From the NCBI GenBank assembly GCA_030704615.1, contig CM060731.1, forward strand, positions 64,604,001 through 64,668,000: a stretch of DNA of 64,000 nt. Reading direction: 5' to 3'. Shown one piece after another: positions 25,160 to 37,641 of the stretch (position 1 is the first letter of the stretch; the number at the start of each line of letters is the position of its first letter). Made by a program: the position numbers and the translations under genes. Source of the DNA: Takakia lepidozioides. Its lineage: Eukaryota > Plantae > Bryophyta. The notes below the pieces were generated by a model, which ran no database searches, was not told where the DNA came from, and was given only the letters and a program-made list of their open reading frames with translations.

Positions 25160-25460
25160 TTTGTCCCATAAGCTCTTTGAGCTTTCTGCGGATGTTATAA
25201 AGTTCCATTTCATCTCATTTCTCTCAAGCAATAGTTCTTATTCTTGGCTTTGTTTTTGTTTCCTCTCTCGTGTTTTCTTCCATTTTGTCCCATAAGCTCT
25301 ATGAGCTTTCCGCGGACATTATAAAGCACCATTTCATTTCATTTCTCATCAAGGATGTGGGCTCTCTGTTTTTTGGTTGTGGAGGCTGGTTGGTTGGGGC
25401 TGCACTGTTGTATTCTTTCTTTTCTGTCCCATAAGCTCTTTCAGCATTGTGGATGCCATG
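25160..25460 (+). repeat. Three degenerate repeats beginning TGTCCCATAAGCTCT in a pyrimidine-rich intron
   Basis: Copies at ~25162, ~25286 and ~25425; the first two are similar over ~65 bp. Confidence 0.6.
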
Positions 25461-26241
25461 AATTTTTCCTTCTCTCTCTATCTCTCTAATCCGGTTTTGA
25501 CTTGTCCACTAGGTTTGCTCTTAGTTTTTCCTCTCAACTCTCTTTAGCAGATGTCTTATGAGTACATTCTCTCTTTCTCTTTAACTTCCCCTCTAATCTC
25601 TTTGGGCTTTTGTGGGTGTCTCAAAAGTTATTTTCCTTTCTACTACTACTCTCCCTAACATTTGCTTTTCTGTGTTACGTTCCTTTTTCTCTACAATCAT
25701 GTCTTGAAATAAAATGGTCCATGTTATTGAATAGCTAACATCTTTATTTGATGATTGGCAGAGCCCCACAACTGACATCGACAGGATTGTACTTTTACCT
25801 GCAAAACCAAAATCTTAAGCTTCCTTGGATGTTTGATTTGAGGGTTGGAATGATGAGTCAGTTACAGTTTTCCTGCCTTCGGCACTCAGCAAAATGCTGT
25901 TCAACTTGTGGTGAAATACAGCAGCTCATTATCAACAGCGACTCTCCTGTGGGGGATTGAATGAAGTATTTGCAAAAATACTTGGATATTCTTTCATGGC
26001 GGTTTATATATTGTGTTGCACTACCAAGTGTTTCCACTGAATGTGAGGCTAATGGTCTCAAGGCCATTGTGTACATATCCTTATCTCATGATCGGAAAGA
26101 ACTGCATTTTTTCCCATATACAACAGTGGATATGTACAAATGAGAATTGTGTATAGTTGAGCATTGAGAGAAAACTAGATCAAACAGCTTAAAAAAATTG
26201 GAGATGAAATGTAATTAACTAATGCACCTTGGTCATTTGTT

Positions 26242-26666
26242 TCACCAGGAATCTTCACATGTACAAATTTCAAACCCCATCATGGAATTGTTTAAATTAG
26301 CAAGCAGCCCATAAAACCACCACATGCCTAACAAAATTTGAGATGTACTTCATGGCTGTGTTGCAATCACCGACCTAAGGTTGTTGATAACAGGATAGGC
26401 ATTTTGGTGAATGTACTGATGAGCCACTTGCAATGGCCAGTCTCTTGCTATGGTGGCAAAGAGAAAGTTCCTTCTGCTCCTCTTCCAAATCATGCAATAC
26501 AAACCTCTTGTCAGCCAGCCTTCTTCATCTGCCCAGAAAATCTCTTCAACTCAGAATGGATTTCTTCAATTTGAGGATGCAATTTGGGGATGCAAAAAAT
26601 GTGTGCTGGACTTGGTTCCTTTCTGACACCTCTCTCTCCTGTCATTTCTCTCACCTTAACTTCATC
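26242..26666 (-). pseudogene. Decayed E+/DYW deaminase domain of the PPR gene
   Basis: After the stop: DEVKVREM..RGVRKEP, HPQIEEIHSEL, FVLHDLEEEQKELSLCHHSKRLAIA, INNLR, GDCNTAMKYIS and CTCEDSW*, broken by indels and stops. Confidence 0.85.
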
Positions 26667-29342
26667 TTACATGCCAGCTGCAGCATAGATGTTTGATAGC
26701 ACATGATTTCCAGCATCCTGTGGATGCCCATCAAGAATGTGTTTTGCCACGCGTTCTGTGACCTCCACATCCCCATGAATTTTGCAGGCACCAAGTAAGG
26801 TATTCCACATCCCAGTATGTGGTTGGATTGTCACTTTGTTGATGAAGTCCTCTGCCTCTTTCAATCGCCCCGCACGGCCAAGAAGGTCCACCATGCAGTT
26901 GAAATGCTCCACCATAGGACTTAGGCCATGATCTTGCTTCATTGAAACAAAGTAGTGATGGCCTTCATCCACAAGGCCCACATGGCTACATGTAGAGAGA
27001 AGGGATATAAAGGTGACATCATCCGGCTTGAAGCCCTCCTGTTGCATTCGTTCAAATAGTTGCAGGGCCTCCCTACCATAACCATGATGAGCATATCCTG
27101 CAATCATGGCATTCCATGAGACCACATCTCGTTTACCCATAGTGTCAAACACTTGGCATGCATTCATTACACTCCCACATTTGGCATACATGTCAACAAG
27201 GCTATTCTCCAGAATGATGTCTGCCATAATTCCACTTTTGATGATATCAGCATGCACCTGCTTGCCCTTTTCCAGGGCCCCTAAGCTGGCACATGCATTG
27301 AGAACACAGGTGAACGTAACACTGTCGGGGATCACCCCTTCCAGTTGCATTTGCTCATAGACACTGCAAGCCTCCCTACCACACCCATTTTGTGCATACC
27401 CAGTGATCATGGCGTTCCAAGAGACCACATCTCGTTCAGCCATATTGTCAAACACTTGACGTGCATCCTTCATGCTCCCACATTTGGCATACATGTCAAC
27501 AAGAGTATTGTCCAAATTAATGCAGGACACAATTCCACTTTTAGTGATGTCAGCATGGACCTCTTTGCTTTTTTCGAGGGCACCTAGACTGGCACACGCA
27601 TTCAGAATGGAAGTGAACGTGAACATGTCAGGAGTAATCCCTTCCCGCTGCATTTGCTCATAGACCTCCAAAGCCTCCCTACCACACCCATGCTGAGCAT
27701 ATCCTGCCATCATTGCGTTCCATGAGACCACATCTCGTTCAGCCATGTTGTCAAACACTTGACGCGCATCCTTCACACTCCCACATTTTGTATACATGTC
27801 AACAAGGCTATTCTCCATAATGATATCTGGCACAATGCCACTTTTCCTGATGTCGGTATGCACCTGCTTGCCCATTTTCAATGATCCTAGGCTAGCACAC
27901 GCATTGACAACGCAAGTGAACATGACCCTGTCAGGTGCCACCCTCTCCCTTTGCATTTGCTTATAGATCTTGAATGCTTCCCGATCACACCGATGCTGAG
28001 CATACCCCGTCAGCATTGCACTCCATGAGATAACATTCCGTTCAGCCATTTGGTCAAAAACTTGACGTGCATCGTTCATGCTTCCACACTTGGCATACAT
28101 GTTAACAAGAGCATTCTCCAAATTTATGTATGATTTGATTCCAGATAGTATGATGTCAGCATGCACCTCTTTGCCCTTTCCCAAGGCTCGTAGGGTCGCG
28201 CATGCGTTGAGAATGCAAATAAATGTTACCCGGTTGGGTGTCACCCCATCTCGTGACATTTGCTCATACATCTTGAAAGCCTCTCTAACACACTCATGCT
28301 GAGCATATCCTGCTATCATTGCACTCCATGAGACCACATCTCGTTTAGCCATATTGTCGAACACTTGCTGTGCATCCTTCATGCTCCCACATTTGGCATA
28401 CATGTCCACAAGAGTATTCTCCAAATTAATGTACGATGCAAGCCCAGACTTAATGATGTCAGCATGGACCTCTTTGCCCTTTTCTAGGGCTCCTAAGGTG
28501 GTACAAGCATTTAGAACACAAATGAACGTGATTCTGTCAGGCATCACCCCTTCACGTGCCATCTGCTCATAGATCTTGACAGCCTCCCTACCAACCCCAT
28601 GCTGAGCATATCCTGCGATCATCACACTCCATGAGACCACATCTCGTCTGGCCATATTGTCAAATATTTGACGTGCATCCATAATACTCCCACATTTGGC
28701 ATACATGTCAACAAGTGTATTATCCAGAATGATATCTGGTGCAATTCCAGCTTTGATAATGTCGGCGTGGACTGCTTTGCCCTTTTCCAGGGCCTCTAAG
28801 CTGGTACAAGCATTGAGAACAGAAGTGAATGTGACCCTGTCGGGTACCACTCCTTCCTTTTGCATTTGCTCATAGATCTTCAAAGCCTCCTCCGCATGCC
28901 CAGTCTTGGCATATCCTGTCATCATTGTAGTCCATGTAAACAAATCTCGTTCAGGCATTTTGTCAAATACTTCCCGTGCATCCACCATGCTGCCACACTT
29001 CGCATACATGTTGACAAGGGTTTTGAGTAGAAAGGGGTTTGGCGGGAATCCATTTTGAATAATGTGAGCGTGCACCTGTTTTCCCTTTGCTAGGTCCTTC
29101 CTGTTGATGCAGTCCCGCAAGAGATCGACAAAAGTTGTTGAGACCCGAATACTTTGTCGGTTTAAAACGTGCAGTGCCTCTTTCAGTTGTCCTGCCTTAC
29201 CTACTATCCTCACATCCCCACAACTGCCAGAAGGGCTATTGTTAATTCCCTCTCTTGGGTTTCTACCAAAAGCAGTGGTGTTAAATCGACCGCCAATCTG
29301 ATGTCCAATGATCAACTGTGCTGCCTGATTCGTCCCTGTCAT
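26667..29342 (-). CDS. PLS-class pentatricopeptide repeat protein with E domain (RNA-editing-factor type), truncated before DYW
   Basis: 891-aa ORF of P-L-S triplets (LVDMYAKCGS..A..VFD.M..RDVVSW.AMI.GYA.HG), then HFNCMVDLLGRAG, WNTLLGACKIHG and VLSNIYAAAGM*. Confidence 0.92.
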   Translation of the reverse strand: MTGTNQAAQLIIGHQIGGRFNTTAFGRNPREGINNSPSGSCGDVRIVGKAGQLKEALHVLNRQSIRVSTTFVDLLRDCINRKDLAKGKQVHAHIIQNGFPPNPFLLKTLVNMYAKCGSMVDAREVFDKMPERDLFTWTTMMTGYAKTGHAEEALKIYEQMQKEGVVPDRVTFTSVLNACTSLEALEKGKAVHADIIKAGIAPDIILDNTLVDMYAKCGSIMDARQIFDNMARRDVVSWSVMIAGYAQHGVGREAVKIYEQMAREGVMPDRITFICVLNACTTLGALEKGKEVHADIIKSGLASYINLENTLVDMYAKCGSMKDAQQVFDNMAKRDVVSWSAMIAGYAQHECVREAFKMYEQMSRDGVTPNRVTFICILNACATLRALGKGKEVHADIILSGIKSYINLENALVNMYAKCGSMNDARQVFDQMAERNVISWSAMLTGYAQHRCDREAFKIYKQMQRERVAPDRVMFTCVVNACASLGSLKMGKQVHTDIRKSGIVPDIIMENSLVDMYTKCGSVKDARQVFDNMAERDVVSWNAMMAGYAQHGCGREALEVYEQMQREGITPDMFTFTSILNACASLGALEKSKEVHADITKSGIVSCINLDNTLVDMYAKCGSMKDARQVFDNMAERDVVSWNAMITGYAQNGCGREACSVYEQMQLEGVIPDSVTFTCVLNACASLGALEKGKQVHADIIKSGIMADIILENSLVDMYAKCGSVMNACQVFDTMGKRDVVSWNAMIAGYAHHGYGREALQLFERMQQEGFKPDDVTFISLLSTCSHVGLVDEGHHYFVSMKQDHGLSPMVEHFNCMVDLLGRAGRLKEAEDFINKVTIQPHTGMWNTLLGACKIHGDVEVTERVAKHILDGHPQDAGNHVLSNIYAAAGM

Positions 29343-30329
29343 TCTGCACGACTCAAAGTCTGGTTGACAATCTTACACCCAAATTCAAATATTGGACCTC
29401 AAAGATCCTTGATACTTCAAAACATAAGACAAGGAGAAATTTAAGCTGTACCAATTCTATAGACTTCAGTTGGAACCCTTATTACCATCATCAGCATCAA
29501 AACTATACACAAAGTATCCTGGGTCTGCAGCTCCACTGCTTACATCGACATTAGAGCGATCACCAGGTTGTGCTCGACCTTGTATCATGACAGGTAGCTG
29601 GGCTTCCACCGAAGGCGGGTTCGACCAACTCTCAATCCAACGGAGCTCCTTTGTGCAATCGTAGTCTGGCGATCTTGGACTTCCCTGTGAAAACCACGAG
29701 TGGGGCAGCTGAGCAACCAGTGCTTCAACCACAGTCAAAAACACCGAATCTCCCAAGCAACAGCATTGAAAAACCTGCTTCCATGCCAAGTTAACAAGGA
29801 AGGACAACCTCCTGACTGCTCAAGTGAGATTCAGTTTCATGCAATTGTCAATTACCAAAGTCGATACCCATTCACATTCCAGCTCCAGATCCTCGCCTGT
29901 TACCCTGCTGCGTGAGGAGAGGTTTGCTTGTTCACCGCGGAGAGAAGAAAAGGCCATGAGCATGGCCTTCCCCTGTGCGCTCATCAGCAGATCAAGGGGA
30001 CTTCCCTGTTGTGTCTCAAAAGCATCAAGAACCCAAACCTACGTAGGTGATGGCCCATAGTGTTTTCGTTCATCTATGCTATGTAGTCTAGAGATAGCGT
30101 CCTGCACTATTACCTATCTCGTGTTGAAAGATCACCCACTTGTAAGTATGAGGTCTTGTATAGTCATCTCTTGTGTGTTTTACATAAAGCTTTACAGATC
30201 CAAAGACTTGTATGGAAATGTGTCCTCAAAGTCAGCACCCACAAATCTGTTTAAGATGATGAAACCCTGTAAGACTTTATTTACAACATGTACAATGGGT
30301 GAACGTGCATATGATGTGAAGTTCCCAAA

Positions 30330-33300
30330 AAAGGTGGGGAGGAATAAGAAACAAGAGAAGAAAACAAAAAGTTGTAGTAAGCTACTCAGCTAGAGAAAAA
30401 AACAAAAGCTATAGTAAGCTACTCAACCAGCGACGAAAACAGAAGCTATAGTAAACTACTGAAGCAGAGCGACCCTCCCAGCCAACAGCCTGGAGGAGAT
30501 CAGGCAAGGAGATAGGCAAAGTGTCAGGCAGAGGCGGAAGACGAGATGACGCGGAGCTAGCCACATCAGCTCGATGCAAAATAGAGATGGTTTGTGCTCT
30601 CTACAAAGCAACTAAAACACGTTGTCGATAGTAGGCGACAAGGACGGAGGCATGTGGGATGCCAGTGGACCCGCTCTTGGCTGCATGATGTGCACATGTC
30701 CGCAGGAAATCGCCGAAGTGCCGGTGCAATGAGCCAAATATTTCGACCGCCAGTGGAAGAAATGTGTCGGTGGGGTGACGATCGCTGTAGTCGCGCTCCT
30801 TGGCCTGGGCTGCTACAGTGGCTGCCGTGCCTGGAATGGTAGCTGCGCGAGATAGCAGATCCGCTCGAGTGGGGTCGGCGAGAACGACATCTGCTAAGGT
30901 ACGCAAACCATCTCTAGATAGGACGATGTCAACACGGCGGCGTATAGAGTGGGACGTGAGCGTGGGTCGTAGATGTGGTTGCTCACGCAGTACATGATAC
31001 CCTGCCTCCCGAGCAATAGATGTCACCACATCGCGAACCATATCATGAGACGCAGTGCGCTCACCACCACATGGACAGCAGAGGAGATGGATGGCAAGGT
31101 CATCGATGGGCTGAAGACAGACGCAGCGCTGAAGGCCCAATGCCGAAGGATAAGGCAAACCGAGTCGAAGGCGGAGCGCAGTAGTGAAAATAGGGGATGA
31201 GAGGCGAAAATGTGCGATAGTGGGTCGTGTTGTCAACCATGCCCCTGCTCCGGGTCCTGCGCATGATAGAAGTCGGGCTCGATGTAACTCAGAAGAAGCA
31301 CTTGAGAGCATGCCGAAAAATGAATGACGGTGCACGCACTCGGAAATGGACTCCTGAAGATGGTCGAGGCCTTGAGCAACCAACTGCTCAAATGGTGGTA
31401 GACATGCTCGCGCCGGTGCCGGAAGAAGATTTCGTGCAGAGCGGAGATGCTGCTGGAAGGATAAAATGTCACTGTCGACATGTGCAATGGCGTCCATAAG
31501 GATGGGACGATAGTCACAGAGAAATCGTGAAGCGAGGGCTGGCGCCACCAATGCCCAACTGCCGAGGAAAGCTGACGGGGCAGTAGTGACAGTGGACAAA
31601 AGACCCACACCACCGGAAGAGACGGGCAAGGTGGCTTGCTGTCGTGGCAAAAGTCCCTGAGCACCCTCCAGAGCTCCTGGTCCTAACAATCTCCCGAAGA
31701 TAGTTATCATGGTAGTATCAAACCCAGATAAGAGGTATAGGAAATTTGGGCTGGGTGGAACAGTGCGCAAGAGATATGAGGGATGCTGAAGAAAACATTT
31801 GGTCAAGATTCCATATGCTACTTGTACATCTCCGAGCCTAGGAAGGAGATCGGCGTGGGTGGCATCCTGGTGGAGTGCATCTTCCAAGAAGGACGTTGTG
31901 AACTGGGTGGTGCCAAAAGGGACTCCCAGGATTCTGATGCCATTGGGCGGAGCAATGAAGTGAGCAGGGAGGACAAAATCTGCAGGGAGACCGGACGCAG
32001 ACCACACCGCACATTTGCGAGGTTGCACTGAAAGGCCCACGGCAGAGAGTTGGGTGACAAAATGATAGTAAGCTGAAAGTACCTGTGAGGCAGGGCCTAC
32101 AATGTGCGTGTCGTCTGCCACCGACGGAAAAAGACAAGATGAGTGAACTTGTGCAGAAGCCATGAGGGCGCGGACATGAGCCATGACAAACAATGGTCCT
32201 CCTAAAGGGTCGCCTTGGCGGGTCCCAACCTCGGACTGAATGATGGAGCACTCACCTAGGCGAGAATGATGACTGTAGTATAGGGGAGTGGTGGATGCAT
32301 AGAATAATCGAACAAACGGAATGAGCTGGTGGAAATCTCCTCCGGCTGAACGGAGCTCCTGAAAGATAGCCGCTCGTGACACAGTGTTGAAAGCATTGGT
32401 GACGTCGACCTGGAGAACCACCCAATCCGGCTGAAGATCAAGAGCTGCACGAATCCCCTGAACCACCGCCTCGCAACCGCCTGGAGTGGCGACCCCGAAC
32501 TGGTGCGGAAAGAGGTGTCCGGAGAAGGCATCTCGAAACTGAAGACAAAGTGAGCGGCTGACAAGGCGGTAAAAAACCTCTCCAACTGCGATATGGCGGA
32601 TGCCAGTACCTGAGGGTTTGCTCATAGCCAACAATCTGGAGGCCCCAAGGAGACGGGCCACTGGGGCAGGGATACGGCCAGCAACAATAAAGGAGCAAAT
32701 CTGAAATAGCTGAGAGAAGCCACTAGCAGAGTCCTGTGGAGAGAAACAGTCGCGTAAGTGCTCATACAGGAGACTGGAAGGACCTGCCGCTGCAAGATGG
32801 GGACTGCGCGTGAAGACCGCCTGAGTGAAGACCTCCTCATCTAGCTTGAGATCCTGGTCTGGCTCAAAGTCCTCAACAAAAAGTGGTAGAATATCCTGAG
32901 TTGATGGGTGAAGGGCTTCGAGGGCAGTGACAGTATCCGGTGATGGAGGCGCCAATGAGGAAGGTGCTAAAGCCTTGGCCGCGCGTGAGTACTCGCCAAC
33001 GCGGCCTAACATGAGACTATGACAAAGTCGCCTGTGGGCCGATGAGGGTGGCTACGTAGAGGAAGCGGGAGGGGCGCGTGCCGCAAGGGCTGGTGCCCGT
33101 AATTGATGCTCATCTTGCAGACTCTCCCAATCTCCAGATAAAAAATGGCGAAGACGGATGCGCGTCTCTCTGTGCCTTGACCACAAGGGGGCAAAACCAA
33201 ACACCACTGAGGAAATAACAAGAAAAGATACCATGTTGGTATATCATCAGGATCACGAGCCAGCCTGTCTAAGGGTAGACGGAGTGCCAGTTGGACCTCA

Positions 33301-34040
33301 TGACGTAGTGCCCACCGGAATTTTTGTATAAAGACGAGGCCTTGGCAGTCCTAGCTGAAATGCGCCAGAACATCTAGCGCTGAAAGCCAATGCCAAGCAG
33401 AGGCAGGAGGTGGCGCGTGCAAGACATTGGGCTGAAATGGAGAAGTACCATTTGTGTGGGACTGATGAAGAGCCGCACACGTGCGCTGGTATCGCGCAAG
33501 CCCTCTGATGCGCACAAAAAGACGACCGCAAGCTGGGCATAGGGTACGGTCTGATGGGAGAGGCACCTGCTGTTGGGGTAAGAGTGATGGGGTCGGCAAT
33601 GCAGGCTGCACAACTGGAAAAGAAGGCACGTGAAGAGGCTCATGACCAAGAAGAGTTGGGCTGCCTTGAAGCCGCTGCCGAGAATGGGATGGAGAACCTG
33701 GAGAAGAAGTGACTCGTGTGTGACCTCGAACCCTACCTGAGAGGCGCAGCGGGGGAGGGCCCAACAGACACTGTGGGAGTTCTTCGGTCGGTGGGGCGCC
33801 AATGGAAGAACCTGGAATCAGCGGTGGAGAAGACCGTTGTGAAGATGACGACTCTTCTTGAACTTGGTGTCTGGAGCTTGGACTCTGGTGCGCATCAGGA
33901 ACATGTGAGCTAGGGGTAGGGGTACGTTGGCGTTGGGGTCTTCCAAGAGGAGCAAGTCTTCCAGTAGGAGCAGTTGCGGCTGTGTTCAACACCTCTCGTT
34001 GCTCTAGGGAGCGAACTCCCAGGGATGGTGGAGTGGGCAG
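30330..34040 (-). mobile_element. CRE/R2-like non-LTR retrotransposon (C2H2-like finger, RT, CCHC + restriction-like endonuclease), degenerate; its 5' end is probably at 54708-~54850
   Basis: CPACGRLF finger. RT motifs IRHIAVGE, QFGV, DVTNAFN, GTRQGDPLG, SVADD, ILGVPFG. CVC..HLLCC..HD..RVDI..AD..K..Y is the RLE pattern. In-frame stops at 33052 and 30601. Confidence 0.88.
30359..30462. repeat. Three tandem ~38-bp units (AAAACAAAAGCTATAGTAAGCTACTCA-like) at the 3' end of the RLE retrotransposon
   Basis: Direct inspection of 30361-30462. Confidence 0.7.
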
Positions 34041-34758
34041 CATGGATGCCTCGGCGTGAGCCTGGTCACGTGAGCGCAACTGCGCTCACGGCACGTCACC
34101 TTGCGTCAATGCCACATCACGGGGCTCACTCCACGTCATCACACTTGAAGACTGCGTCACCACGCGCCCAGGAAAAAGTGGAGTGTATTCCCGCGGATTG
34201 GCACCCTTTACCGCGGAAACAAGCTAGACGACATAATAAAAGGCAGTGGTCATTCCCACCTGAAAGCAACAGATGAATAAAAGATGGATGAATGTACAAT
34301 TGGATGATAAACATATGGATGAGTGTGAAAAATGAATGTAGATGGATGAATGAGGGATGGATAAGAGTCAAATGGATGAATGTATAATGGATGTTGAACA
34401 ATGGAAAACATTCATGACAGAAAGATGCATGACTAAGACTTTAGACGAATGCACAACGTATATGACATGAGTGTGGTAAGTTTGTGGGGTGGATTAAAGA
34501 GTACAGAGGATGAATGTACAATGGATGTTGAACAAAGGAAAACATTCATGAATGGAGCACGCATGAATACACTGTAGATGAAAGCACAATGGATATGACA
34601 AGAGTGAGGGAGGTTTGTGAGATGGATTCATACATATTGCAAATATAAATGGTAGTTGATTCTTTGATTATTTTTCTTTCCAAAGGAACAACAACGGTGG
34701 AGGAAGGGGATTCAAAGTTTTCCAAAGAGGATGAAACAGAATATTAAAAGAACATAGT

Positions 34759-35283
34759 TCAGTCTGACTCAGAGTCAGTACAATGTATCCCCGCTTCCTC
34801 TGCATCTAAGTCTAAGTATTTAAGAACTCCGGATCTACGCTGGCTACACCTACGGCCGGGCAGTAAAAATTCAGGGGATAGGGACTCGGCCACGTGAAGT
34901 GCCATAGCTTCGGCATAATCAGGAAGCAAAAAATTGGAAAGGGGGCTGTCGAAAACAGACTCGCCACAAATGAGTGTATCTACCGAAGATCCACCGCTGC
35001 CTTTCCTGAAAGACAGCCTGAAAAAGTTATTACTGTAACTTTGATGTTATTGATAAATTGAGTATGGCTCCCAAAGTGGGTTTAACACTTACTCACATGA
35101 AAAGTCGTTGTCAACCTGCTTATCTTCGGGATCGTCATCATTTCAAATTTGAATCCGATCAGTCTGTGTGCCTGAAGTGGAGCCAGACAAAAGGGGGAGG
35201 AGCACTGTGTTGTAGAGGTCATAATCACCCTCCATGCCAAAAAGGCTTCTTCCGCCTGCCTTGCATGCATGGTAAGTTGCTCC
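34759..35283 (-). pseudogene. Last two exons of the ParB-methyltransferase gene in copy 2
   Basis: GATYHACKAGGRSLFGMEGDYDLYNTVLLPLL, nearly identical to 2450-2640. Confidence 0.85.
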
Positions 35284-36139
35284 TACACCAGACATGAGGA
35301 CATGAACAGTTTGGTGGGGGGATTTAACACTAGAAGCATTCTTGTCTTTTCCGATTCGACTGCATGTCCGCGACCACTCCGGGAACCACTTGGTAGTAAA
35401 CGGGACTACTGGAGAGTCGAAACAGACAATGTGGGCCCACGAGGGCATTTCAGACGGCGGACAGAAGTAGGGTCAACGACTCCGGAGTCGTTGCAGAATT
35501 CCGGGCTATTTTACGAATTGCGTAAATACATAAAATTTGAAAAAGCCAAAACTACAAGTGGTTGTAATTACTGCACATGCGACTACAAATTTTCTTTCCT
35601 AATTCGATTAATGGAATAAAGATATTTATTCATTAAAGTGAATATGTAGTCGACTCAACAACTCCATGAACCACTGCGCATTCATTGTACCCATGACTCG
35701 GCAGCACATTTGCTGATGTGGCTTTCACAAAAAGAGGTAAACAAAATGTGGCCTTGGGGGAATAGATATTTTAATACGTGCTGCCTCCACCTGGCAGAGA
35801 CAAGGATGCAAGTGCTGCGTCGGACATGGCGGGACGTGGGAATGGAAATCCTGACACGGTAAGGCCTTCGTATACTGTGAGCGTGCGTAGTGGCTTCTCA
35901 TAACGGTGTGACATCGGGGTCTTGGTCATTCATCATTTACAGAATGTGCTGGATGGAGGCACGATGGAGCGCGCATATGAGCATGCTCTTCTGGCATCAA
36001 TTCCCAAGTATCCACGCAAGGTGAGGCTGCTGAATTGGGTTTTTGCCCGTCTAGTTTTCTGACAGCATGCTCGAAACGTTCATAGTGCCATTGAGTGGCA
36101 TCGCAATAATTTGATGTGTAGCTGCTTTTCGATTTCACA

Positions 36140-36368
36140 AGTTATGCAAAAGGCGTCACAGAAGAAGATCGCAAAGACGTCAAGACTGAAGAATATGCCC
36201 TTTGGTTGTGAACTACAATCATATCATGCCAAACCCCATTTTGCCCAAGCAGATGAGGGAGACATTCTACATTTGCGAGTGGGACTTAATTCCTCTAAAC
36301 CCAGCTTGAAGGCAGTTGTGACACCAGAGAAACTGGAAACTACCTCCAAGAAAGTTGAAACTCGCAAG
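36140..36368 (+). pseudogene. RPL27: Captured fragment of 60S ribosomal protein L27 (copy A)
   Basis: QKKIAKTSRLK... and LKAVVTPEKLETTSKKVETRK. Confidence 0.75.
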
Positions 36369-36609
36369 ATAGTCATGTATTCGTCTCATTATCTCCAACT
36401 GGGATTCCGAGTTATCATCCGACCCTTTACATGTGCGCTGGAATGGAGTATAATTCTGGTTTAGGCAGTTATTGCCACCAGACGTTCGCTTCTCCAATTT
36501 TTACATTTAAGGATGTGTCTGTGTTTATGGCACTTTTTCTCCCAAGGAGGCCTGAGTACCCCCCTGTACTTGCAAGAATTTGATGTATAGCTGCTTTTCC
36601 CTTTCATAA

Positions 36610-36812
36610 ATTATGAAGAAGCAGTCACAGAAGAAGATCGCAAAGAGGTCAAGGCTGAAAGCGTTCATTAAGGTTGTGAATTACAATCATGTAATGCCAA
36701 ACCAGCGGCGGCAGATGGTGTCATGAGACATTCTGCAATTTGCGCATAGGTGGACTTAATTTTGAGGTTGACTTGAAGGCAGTTGTGACACCAGTGAAAC
36801 TGGAAACTACAG
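36610..36812 (+). pseudogene. RPL27: Captured fragment of 60S ribosomal protein L27 (copy B)
   Basis: MKKQSQKKIAKRSRLKAFIKVVNYNHVMP...EVDLKAVVTPVKLET, the eL27 signature. Confidence 0.85.
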
Positions 36813-37641
36813 GTTAGATGATGGCGTGCTGCATCGCGACATAAACCTGCATTTGACATTCAAGCTTAGGATTCATGCAATTTGGTGCTAGTCAGGCCTG
36901 CACAATTCCAGAGCACAAGTGGGAGCCCATCCGAGGGATGGGGACCTCGTAAGTGCTTCTTCATTTTGTACTCACCTTGTTTTTGCATCGCACTTGTGCT
37001 ACAAGGGGCAGAGCCATTCATTTGGCTGGAGGTTCAATTCCTCTACAAGTGAGCTATTCTCGTGTCACTACAATCAGTTAGATGTGTTTGTGGTGGTTGC
37101 TGGATTTGCGGCTCTGGGGTGTCTTGCCAAGTGCTTGCAGGGATCAACGTTAATGTGGACGTGGCAGTACATGTAGCAAAAAACTCATTCGCTGGTGAAG
37201 AAGACCATGTTGCAACATATGTCATGCTATTGCTTCGATAGTGCTGTTGTTGGGCAGGTGGGAGAATGCAACAACGGTGAGAAGGAAAGCAAGGGAAGCA
37301 CAAAAAGGTGTCATTCGGTCGTGCTCCTTTGGAGACACCCCCCATTCCACTGGTCTTTGTTCCTGGAAAGCATGCAGCTGGGCCAGAAAATGCATGCACA
37401 CATTCACGTCTACTTCCCGTACATGAAGACGATCCTCTCCTCACATGTCAGAAACAATATTGGCAGAACAAAAAAAGGTTTGTTCACAAGACAATACGGA
37501 CCACATACCGGGACATTATCGATACTATTAACTGTCTCGCCCTTGCACGCTTGCAGGACTGTACAAAATGGGTTCTAAGGACAGTAAGAGTCCTTAGCAT
37601 AGCTCTCGTCTATGAGCTGCTGGCTTAATGGACACTGAGAT

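Larger units (their letters stand above)
21581..25818 (+). pseudogene. Short-chain dehydrogenase/reductase (classical SDR), 5 exons, probably pseudogenised
   Basis: TGASSGVG, NAG and YSATK motifs. Exons ~21581-21723, 22421-22653, 23295-23479, ~23965-24059 and 25762-25818 (SPTTDIDRIVLLPAKPKS*). There is a 1-bp frameshift in the A-run at ~21690 and an in-frame TGA at 22477. Confidence 0.85.

Noticed and set aside
27106-29444. Repeated plus-strand ORFs (MLPHLAYM...)
   Set aside because: They are antisense shadows of the PPR repeats.
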